DNA of 64,000 bases from Candidatus Latescibacterota bacterium (GTDB taxonomy: Bacteria; Latescibacterota; UBA2968; GCA-2709665), in assembly GCA_965116875.1 (NCBI GenBank), contig OZ220733.1:4416001-4480000 (forward strand), written 5' to 3'. This document shows positions 56,765-64,000 of the stretch, piece by piece. The notes below the pieces were generated by a model. It had not been told where the DNA came from and searched no databases. It saw only the letters and a list, made by a program, of their open reading frames with translations. The first letter of the stretch is position 1. The number at the start of each line of letters is the position of its first letter. The position numbers were made by a program, and so were the translations under genes.

Positions 56765-58519
56765 ATGGAATTTCATATGACCCTGGATTTCAGGGACGAT
56801 TTCACCGCGACGCCGGTCCCGTGGACCGCTGAACGGTTGCGGGAATATGTCCGTCTTGTGGCCGATCTGGGTATGAAGGGTATCCATTGGGTTGAGATGG
56901 GGGACGGGGAGATGGGCAAGTGGGACAGGGGTTCCTCCACGGATCTGAGGGGCGGGGCCCGCGCGTTCGTGGAAGCCGTTCCGGATCCACTCGCGTTGGT
57001 GTGCGAAGAGGCCCATCGCGTCGGATTGAAAGTCTACGCGGTGCACAAGATCAACGATATGGCCAGCTTCGGCCCGGGACGGTTCTATCCTCTTGGAACG
57101 GCGCCTGACGTGTTACCGGGCATACCCCAGATCGGCGGCTCGGGCCAGATGGCGTTCCGTTGGCTTCGCGAACATCCCGACGGGCGCGTGGAAATTCACC
57201 CGTCTTTATTGGAAGCCCACGGTGTTCGCAAACCGGTGCGGACCGTTCGCCTCTGGCACGAAGCCGAGCGCCTGCAAGGGGTCCCCGATATTGAATTGTT
57301 CGTCAGCGAGACGAATTCGCGATACACGCCCTATCGGGGCGGCAGCCGGGTCGACGTTTCCGTGCGCAGAAGAAGACCGCCGGTATTTTCGCCCGCGCCC
57401 GAGAAGCGTTTCGGCAACGAAGGGGAATTTGCATGCATCGAAATCTCCGGCCTGGAAATATCTCAGCCGTTCTTCTGTCTCCGTTTTTCCGGCGCGGTCG
57501 GCCTGACGAACACACTGACCGCGCTCCTGGAAGTCGAGGACGTAGCGGGTGCGCCCGTCGTTTTCACCTGGGGATTCTCTCCCAGGTCCGATTACTCCAG
57601 GTCTCTCGGTACGTTTGAGGAGGCCGGCATCGGGTTCGACGCGAACTGGCTCGTTCCGTTCGAAAACCATCCGGGGGGACACGACTGGCAACACTCCGCC
57701 GGAAGGTACAGGCTGAACGTGGACAGGGTACCGTTCATCGGAATCGCACGGGGAAGAAACCGGTTTCTGACGTCAGTGGTCGAACTCGGGTATCCGGATG
57801 TCAGACAGTGGCTGCTCGACGTCGTGCAGTATGAAATCGACGCGGGCTGTGACGGTGTGGACATCCGTGTCGAAAGTCATACGCAGAATATGGATTTCGA
57901 GAACTACGGATTCGGGAAACCCGTTGTCGAAGCGTTTCGCGATCGGTATGGCGTGGACATTACGCGCGAATCGTTCGATCGGGGCGCCTGGAGGGCATTG
58001 CGGGGGGAGCATTTCGATCTGTTCCTGAAGGCCGCGTCTGAACTGATCCGGTCTCATGGAAAGGAATCATGGATCCATCTCACGGCCTATCCGAGCATGG
58101 ATCGGGAGCCCCGGCAGCAAAGCCTGGATCAGATTTACTGGAACTGGCGGAGATGGCTGGCGGAAGGCTGGGTGGACGTCGTGAATTTCAAACGGTTTCA
58201 GGCAAGAAACCTTTCAGCCGGGCAGCAGGCGGCAATCGACCGCTTCTATCGAAAGGCGTTGAATTTCTGCAATGAACTTGGACTGCGAATGGCCTACACG
58301 CCCAATCCGAGATTCGAGGGCATGCGCGACGAGGAATTCGTGGATATGGAACTGCGAAATATCCGTCGTATCGCCGCCGACGGATTCGCCGTCTACAACT
58401 TCTATGAGGGTTGCACGTACATTCGTCTGACCGAAACAGGCTTTAAAGTTGATGCGAAGAGATTGTGGCGAGAGGTCCGTGAATGGAACCGGAATGCCGG
58501 TATTTCACCGGGTCCATGA
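56765..58519 (+). CDS. glycoside hydrolase-like TIM-barrel protein (GHL10/DUF187-like) with insertion
   Basis: DPLALVCEEAHRVGLKVYA, WLREHP, YPDVR, GCDGVD, FRDRYG and NWRRWLAEGWVD motifs. Confidence 0.65.
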   Translation: MEFHMTLDFRDDFTATPVPWTAERLREYVRLVADLGMKGIHWVEMGDGEMGKWDRGSSTDLRGGARAFVEAVPDPLALVCEEAHRVGLKVYAVHKINDMASFGPGRFYPLGTAPDVLPGIPQIGGSGQMAFRWLREHPDGRVEIHPSLLEAHGVRKPVRTVRLWHEAERLQGVPDIELFVSETNSRYTPYRGGSRVDVSVRRRRPPVFSPAPEKRFGNEGEFACIEISGLEISQPFFCLRFSGAVGLTNTLTALLEVEDVAGAPVVFTWGFSPRSDYSRSLGTFEEAGIGFDANWLVPFENHPGGHDWQHSAGRYRLNVDRVPFIGIARGRNRFLTSVVELGYPDVRQWLLDVVQYEIDAGCDGVDIRVESHTQNMDFENYGFGKPVVEAFRDRYGVDITRESFDRGAWRALRGEHFDLFLKAASELIRSHGKESWIHLTAYPSMDREPRQQSLDQIYWNWRRWLAEGWVDVVNFKRFQARNLSAGQQAAIDRFYRKALNFCNELGLRMAYTPNPRFEGMRDEEFVDMELRNIRRIAADGFAVYNFYEGCTYIRLTETGFKVDAKRLWREVREWNRNAGISPGP

Positions 58520-58573
58520 CCGCTCCTGACCGTTGGTTTTCGCCGTCGGCCGAAATTGGAGGAAGGTAGAGAG

Positions 58574-60121
58574 ATGTCAAATCAAATACTTGACGTGGGA
58601 TCCGGAAAGCAACTGTTCGTGGATTCGAAGTTCGTCGAATCCGGCGCGGGTATCGCATTCGTCATGAATCCGCCCTATCAGGCGGACGAACCGGTACTGG
58701 AGCCGGACGCGGCATGGGAGCAGCGGCCCGGAGCGAGTTACGGGATTTACAGCAGCATTCTCAAGGACGTCGACGAAAAGATCCGCGCATGGGTTCACGT
58801 TCGCATCGGCGACTACCGGTCCGGCCGTGACGAGGCCCACGTCGCCTACGCCGAGTCTGCCGACGGCATCCGTTTTTCCAAGCCGGTCCTGAACCTGTTC
58901 GAATCCGGCGGGACATCCGAGAATAACATCGTGATACCGGGGGATATCGGAGGAAGTTCCGTCTGGATCGATCCTCACGCGGCGCCCGATTCCCGATACA
59001 GGAACCAGGCGAAGGTGTATTCGCCGCCCGAGGTATGGGGCCATCTGCACATGCACGGATCGCCTGACGGGATACACTGGAAGCTGGCGCGGGACATCCG
59101 GCTCAGCCGCGGAGGGTGGGATACGCAGACCGTCGTGTTCTGGGACCCGCCGGTCCGGCGCTACGCGATGTATACACGGCACTGGTTTGCGAAGCGGCAT
59201 GGCACCGCCGGGGGCAATCTCAACTACCGGACGGTACGCAGGCTGGAGTCCGAGGACCTGAAGGCGTGGGGCAATCAGCGAATCGTCATGCGGCCCGACG
59301 ACGCGGATATGGATTCTTATGAGACGCCTTCTCCCCTCTGCCCCGAAGGACCGGAGAAACCTTACGGAAGGGTACCTGTGGACTATTACGGCGCTCTGGT
59401 GTTCAAATATCCGGACCCCGATGGCGTCTATATCATGCTGGCCAACGCGAACTGGTACTGGTTCGACCGCGAGCCGATTGTCACCGTTGTGCGTGACGAT
59501 ATGGGCGTTGCGCGGGAGGAGACCCGGAGAATCTACGGCCCCAGTCGTTTCGACGCCCGGTTATCCGTAAGCCGGGACGGTATCGACTTTCAGCGATGCG
59601 GCGGGCGCAAGGCGTTCCTCAAGCCCGGCAGGGAGGGGAGTTTCTCTTCCCGCATGGTCTGGGCGATGCCGCATCCCGTACCGATGGGCGACGAGTTGTG
59701 GATCTATTACAGTGGAACGAACCGGGACCACGATGGCGTGGTCGACCCGGCTGCGGGGAGGCATCTCAGCGGAATCGGCCGCGCCGTGATGCGGCTGGAC
59801 GGCTTCGTATCGGCGGATGCAGGCTACGGAGGCGGCGAGCTTGTCACTCCCGCGATTCGATTCGAGGGCACGCGGCTGGAGTTGAATCTGGATACAGGGG
59901 GAGGAGGTTCCGTAAGGGTGGAGTTGCAGGATCATCACGGCCGGCCGATCGGGAATTACGCCGAAGCGGATGCGTCTTATCTCTGCGGAAATTCTGTCCG
60001 GATGCCCGTGCGCTGGGGCGGCCGGACGGACGTTGGCAAACTGTCCGGAAGGCCGATCAGGATACGTTTCGTCATGCGCGACTGCAAGTTGTATGCGTTT
60101 CAGTTCACCGCGCCAGGGTGA
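58574..60121 (+). CDS. five-bladed beta-propeller glycoside hydrolase-like protein
   Basis: KQLFVD, AYAESADGIRFSKP, DTQTVVFWD, SRDGIDF, GDELWIYY and RLDGFVS motifs; C-terminal beta-sandwich (LYAFQF). Confidence 0.75.
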   Translation: MSNQILDVGSGKQLFVDSKFVESGAGIAFVMNPPYQADEPVLEPDAAWEQRPGASYGIYSSILKDVDEKIRAWVHVRIGDYRSGRDEAHVAYAESADGIRFSKPVLNLFESGGTSENNIVIPGDIGGSSVWIDPHAAPDSRYRNQAKVYSPPEVWGHLHMHGSPDGIHWKLARDIRLSRGGWDTQTVVFWDPPVRRYAMYTRHWFAKRHGTAGGNLNYRTVRRLESEDLKAWGNQRIVMRPDDADMDSYETPSPLCPEGPEKPYGRVPVDYYGALVFKYPDPDGVYIMLANANWYWFDREPIVTVVRDDMGVAREETRRIYGPSRFDARLSVSRDGIDFQRCGGRKAFLKPGREGSFSSRMVWAMPHPVPMGDELWIYYSGTNRDHDGVVDPAAGRHLSGIGRAVMRLDGFVSADAGYGGGELVTPAIRFEGTRLELNLDTGGGGSVRVELQDHHGRPIGNYAEADASYLCGNSVRMPVRWGGRTDVGKLSGRPIRIRFVMRDCKLYAFQFTAPG

Positions 60122-60225
60122 TTCCGACAGCGCCGGTGGAAATTCCACAGTGAACGTGTGAATCCCTGCAGACTGCTATGTGCGTTCGGGTGAGCTTCGA
60201 TCGGTTTGAGGCGGGACGACAACCC

Positions 60226-60696
60226 ATGGAGGATGATTTGGCTGGTTACGAAATCGAGATCAAGTCCGTCGCACCGGTCCTGGTGGCGTCCCGGCGCGAA
60301 ACCATTCCGGACTACGGCGCCATCGGTTCGGCCGTGAACCGTATGTACAATGACGTCGTCACGTATGTCGGAGAACAAAACGGGAATATCCTGGGGCCGG
60401 GAATCACAATCTGGCACGGTCCCCTGGACGCGGAGGCGGCGCTGCCGATTGACAAACCACTGCGGGAGGGCGATCGTGTCACAGTTCGGAATTTGCCGGG
60501 CGTTGAGATGGCGTTTGTGGTTCACCACGGCCCTTTCGACGGGTTCCGCCATGCATACGAAGCCGTACGACGATGGATCCGGAAAAGCGGCTATCGGACT
60601 GCCGGTCCGAGCCGGGAAGTCTACTTGCATTTCACGCCCGGTGGAGACTCGAAGGACTTTGTGACCGAAATCCAGTTTCCCGTCACAAGTGCGTAG
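60226..60696 (+). CDS. GyrI-like small-molecule binding domain protein
   Basis: VHHGPF...AYEAVRRWI...GPSREVYL...VTEIQFPV. Confidence 0.85.
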   Translation: MEDDLAGYEIEIKSVAPVLVASRRETIPDYGAIGSAVNRMYNDVVTYVGEQNGNILGPGITIWHGPLDAEAALPIDKPLREGDRVTVRNLPGVEMAFVVHHGPFDGFRHAYEAVRRWIRKSGYRTAGPSREVYLHFTPGGDSKDFVTEIQFPVTSA

Positions 60697-60741
60697 ACGC
60701 CAGGTTTTGTCGTTCATGCAGATGATTCGATGGTCGAACGC

Positions 60742-61560
60742 TCAGGCGTGTTTTTCCAGGAGCGCTTTGCTCTTCAGCACGCCTTCGTGGTCGTCTGTCT
60801 TCCCCTCGTACTCAATACCGAACGGGTTGTCGTAGCCCGCGTCCCGCAGGATGCCGACGGCGGCGGCGCAGTCGATCTGCCGCGACTCGCCGTCCCCCGA
60901 GAAGCTGAGGAATTTCGCGTGGGTCGCCCAGGCGTACGGGGCGACCCGCTTCAGGTTTTCCAGCTTGTCGTCTTCCGGCGGCCAGTTGAGGAAGTCGGCG
61001 AGGACCCTGCAATAGTCGCTATCTACGGAATCCATAACGCGCAGGATGTTGTCCGCCGACACCGAAACGCCCCCGTGATTCTCCATCATCAACCGGATGT
61101 CCGCCCCCGCGCAAAGATCCGCGAGTTCGCCAAAGCTCTCGATGCATTGTCCAATATGGGTTTCGGTAACCGCCTCGCCCCAGCCGGGGCCGCTGTTGGC
61201 CCGAAACGCGTTGCATCCCAGGGTCAGGCAGGCGTCGATCCACTTCTTGTGGTTGTCAACAGCCTGTTTTCGATCCCTTTCGTTCGGTGAGGCAAGGTTG
61301 CCGTGGCCGTCCACGGCGACGTTCAGCAGGCGCACGCCGGCATCCCGGGCGCGTTGGCGAAGTTCGACGAGATACCCTGCGGCCAGTCGACTCCTCGCGG
61401 GGTTGTCCGGGTCGGCATAGTCGAAGAAGGGGCTGTTGAGTTCCAGCAGACGAATGTCGAATTCTTCAACGGCGAGAGCGGGAAAGTCAAGAAGAAGCAG
61501 GGGGTTCTCGGAATCCCTGAACCGCCGGTGAAGACTCCATCCCGCGAGTGAGATTTCCAT
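60742..61560 (-). CDS. sugar phosphate isomerase/epimerase family protein
   Basis: ISLAGWSLHR, MENHGG, DFLNW, THAK and GIEYEG motifs; RBS AAGGAG. Confidence 0.88.
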   Translation of the reverse strand: MEISLAGWSLHRRFRDSENPLLLLDFPALAVEEFDIRLLELNSPFFDYADPDNPARSRLAAGYLVELRQRARDAGVRLLNVAVDGHGNLASPNERDRKQAVDNHKKWIDACLTLGCNAFRANSGPGWGEAVTETHIGQCIESFGELADLCAGADIRLMMENHGGVSVSADNILRVMDSVDSDYCRVLADFLNWPPEDDKLENLKRVAPYAWATHAKFLSFSGDGESRQIDCAAAVGILRDAGYDNPFGIEYEGKTDDHEGVLKSKALLEKHA

Positions 61561-61892
61561 GGGGTTGTCTCCTTCGTTGTATCGGGTTTGCGCTTGCTTT
61601 TGGAGTGGCGCGGGAATATAATATCCCGCCGCATGCTTTGCCAGCGCTACGTTTTCGTCCTGCGCGCGGCGCCTGAAGCTGACCTGGCTGTTCACCGGTC
61701 CCGATTTTCCTGTGCAACGCCACTTATCGGCCTCAATTCGATATGAGAAAATCGCTGAATCAAAAAACCAGAAAATGTAACGGTGCGAAACGGCGTGGGT
61801 CGTAACGCCGTGACCCTGCAGTTCGTTCCCTGTTATACGTCCGGTAACAGGATGTACGTGGATTCTCGGCCTGACAACTGAAAGGATATTCC

Positions 61893-63461
61893 ATGAAGGG
61901 CATGGTATCAGCGCCCCAGCCGCTGGCGGTGGACGCCGGCGTCCGGGTACTGGCCGATGGCGGGAATGCCGTCGACGCGGCTGTGACGGCGGCATTTGTC
62001 CAGATGGTGACCACGCCGCGCAGCTGCGGTGTCGGCGGCTTCGGGATGATGTACATCCATACGCCGGAATCCGATACGATACTGGATTTTCACGGGAAGG
62101 CGGGCGCGCGGGTTCGGCCTGAAATGTGGGAGCATGAGATTCTCCAGGAGAATGCCACGGGCTACGGATACACGCTGAAGGGTCAGGTCAACGAACGCGG
62201 TTACGGCGCGGTGACAACACCCGGAACGGTGGCCGGACTCCACAGGGCCCAGGCCGACTACGGGACCATGCCGTGGCGGGCGACCCTTCAGCCCGGCATC
62301 GCGGTTGCAACCGGCGGTCACGAGGTGACCCGTGCGGCGGCGGCGGCGTGGAAGCAGATTCCAACTCCCGAAACCACACCCTGGACAACGGTAGCGGCGT
62401 CGCCCCGCGAGGGCGGGGGCGAGCTGATTGCCAACCCGGATATGGCCAGGACATTTTCTGTTCTGGCCGAGGGCGGAGAAGAGGCATTCTATCGCGGGGA
62501 GATGGCCGAGACAATCGCCGGAGACATGGAGAAGGGCGGCGGCTTCGTGACGCTGGAAGACCTGAACCGGTACGAGGTGACGGTAACCTCGCCGCTGCAA
62601 TCCCGTTTTCGTAACTTCACCGTTGCCTCCAACCACCCTCCCGGCGGAGGGTTGACCATTCTGCAAATGCTCAACATCCTGGAGGGTTACGACCTTTCGG
62701 AAATGGGACACCTTTCGGCGGAATACGTGCATACCGTGTCGATGGCGATGAAAGCTGCGTGGACGGACCGGGCGAATCTGATTGGAGACCCCGCATTCGT
62801 GGACGTTCCCGTGGAGGATCTGCTGTCCGAAGAACGCGCCGCTTTCTGGCGCCGGCGCATCGATTCCAGGGAAGAAATCACGATCCCGCGATGGAACCCG
62901 CAGGAGCCGCCCAGTACCACCCATATCTCCGTTGTGGATCAATGGCGCAACGTGGTGGGGCTCACCCACTCGCTGGGGTCGGGTTCGGATGTCATTACGC
63001 CTGGACTGGGCTTCATGTACAATAACTGTATGAATTGTTTCAACCCCGTGCCCGGGCAGGCGAATTCAATCGAACCGCGCAAGTCGAGAACGACGGGCAT
63101 GGCCCCGACGCTGGTGAAAACGGGTAACCAGCCCTTCTTTACAGTTGGCGCGCCCGGCGGTACGCGGATTGTGACCGGGATTCTGCACGCCATTCTGAAC
63201 GTGATCGACCACGGAATGTCGGCCACCGAGGCGATCGCGGCCCCCAGGTTCGATTGCCAGAGCGACGTGATCGTCGCCCACTCCAGAATCGCGCCGTCCG
63301 TCTGCGAGGGCGTCAGGGCGATGGGCCACGAGGTCCACTCCCTGCTGGACGGATACGGCGGAATTGCGTCGGTACACGGCATCATTCTCGATCCGGAAAC
63401 CGGAACGCTCGACGGAGGGGCCGATCCCGGTTCTCCGGGGATGGCGATGGCCGCAAACTGA
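61893..63461 (+). CDS. ggt: gamma-glutamyltransferase family protein (no signal peptide)
   Basis: GGNAVDAAV, GVGGFG, TTHISVVD (nucleophile Thr), GAPGG and GGADP motifs. Confidence 0.92.
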   Translation: MKGMVSAPQPLAVDAGVRVLADGGNAVDAAVTAAFVQMVTTPRSCGVGGFGMMYIHTPESDTILDFHGKAGARVRPEMWEHEILQENATGYGYTLKGQVNERGYGAVTTPGTVAGLHRAQADYGTMPWRATLQPGIAVATGGHEVTRAAAAAWKQIPTPETTPWTTVAASPREGGGELIANPDMARTFSVLAEGGEEAFYRGEMAETIAGDMEKGGGFVTLEDLNRYEVTVTSPLQSRFRNFTVASNHPPGGGLTILQMLNILEGYDLSEMGHLSAEYVHTVSMAMKAAWTDRANLIGDPAFVDVPVEDLLSEERAAFWRRRIDSREEITIPRWNPQEPPSTTHISVVDQWRNVVGLTHSLGSGSDVITPGLGFMYNNCMNCFNPVPGQANSIEPRKSRTTGMAPTLVKTGNQPFFTVGAPGGTRIVTGILHAILNVIDHGMSATEAIAAPRFDCQSDVIVAHSRIAPSVCEGVRAMGHEVHSLLDGYGGIASVHGIILDPETGTLDGGADPGSPGMAMAAN

Positions 63462-63540
63462 GCGCTCGACGGGACATGAGTTGGCCAGACCCCGGTCTGA
63501 CCGGCGTCACTCGATGTACGGTTGAAGAATCGATACCGGC

Positions 63541-63568
63541 CCACCCCGACGTCGGGCGGGGTGGTTTT
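63541..63568 (+). terminator. rho-independent terminator
   Basis: CCACCCCG/CGGGGTGG stem followed by TTTT, after ggt. Confidence 0.6.
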
Positions 63569-63663
63569 ACCGGGATGCAGACCACAGTCATTCGTCATCC
63601 ATCGCGAATGTCAACCTGGAGTTTACCGGCAAGTTCACAGCCAAAATCCGGAAAGGAAAAAGG

Positions 63664-64000
63664 ATGTTCGAAACGCTTGAGAAGGCCCCCGCGGACCCGA
63701 TTCTGGGGTTGACCGCGGCATACAACCTGGATACGAATCCCGACAGAATCAACCTCGGCGTGGGTGTGTACAAGGACGGCGACGGCAACACGCCCGTTTT
63801 CAACTCCGTACAACGCGCCGAAGCCCGGATCCTCGACCGCCAGACCACCAAAGACTATCTGCTGATTTCGGGCGCGCCTGAATATGCGGCGGCAGTACAG
63901 GCCCTGTTGTTCGGACCGGAGCACGAAATCGTCGCCGGACAACGGGCGGCGACGGTTCACGCGCCTGGGGGGACCGGTGGACTGCGCATTGCGGGCGATT
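63664..64000 (+). CDS. aspC: aspartate/aromatic amino acid aminotransferase, 3' end runs off the window
   Basis: Manual translation MFETLEKAPADPILGL...INLGVGVYKD...PGGTGGLRIAGD; RBS AAGGA. Confidence 0.9.
   Translation, partial: MFETLEKAPADPILGLTAAYNLDTNPDRINLGVGVYKDGDGNTPVFNSVQRAEARILDRQTTKDYLLISGAPEYAAAVQALLFGPEHEIVAGQRAATVHAPGGTGGLRIAGD

Noticed and set aside
61728-61790. Possible fourth copy of the ~200-bp element (GCCTCAATTCG followed by an A-rich tract)
   Set aside because: Only an 8-nt match to the left end; the conserved core and right end are absent.
1-64000. CRISPR array, tRNA, rRNA, integrase or transposase
   Set aside because: No regularly spaced repeats, cloverleaf or rRNA-like segments, or recombinase motifs seen by eye; tRNAscan and Infernal were not run.

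Overview
GC-rich bacterial chromosomal window, densely coding (about 50 CDS), with no rRNA, tRNA, CRISPR array, prophage or transposase that I can recognise. Gene content includes dockerin/EF-hand-tailed secreted proteins, three DUF6785/DUF6784-type membrane proteins, many Gfo/Idh/MocA, amidohydrolase and aldo-keto reductase genes, and heparinase-like, Kelch, FN3 and TPR proteins. This resembles Latescibacterota/Gemmatimonadota-like, possibly host-associated bacteria (inference). Main blocks: (1) a GT2-TonB-ExbB-ExbD-RND efflux-RDD cluster; (2) an FN3 lipoprotein and an atypical sigma54 activator; (3) thrC, the hpnCDE squalene genes and btuR; (4) a ~12 kb co-directional catabolic-looking cluster with a heparinase-like lyase, divergent ComA, degenerate M14 peptidase, epimerase, two DUF6785 transporters and dehydrogenases; (5) an amidohydrolase cluster; (6) a split NitT/TauT ABC transporter coupled to a LecA-like lectin; (7) glycosidase-like genes, ggt and a partial aspC. 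The strongest unexplained non-coding signal is a ~200-220 bp element present in three diverged copies (11009-11204, 16130-16326, 55240-55459), with short terminal inverted repeats, TA flanks and an unusually conserved internal core. There is also a 58-bp mini-MITE with a 4-bp target duplication (1276-1341). All family assignments are from motif recognition by eye, not database searches.
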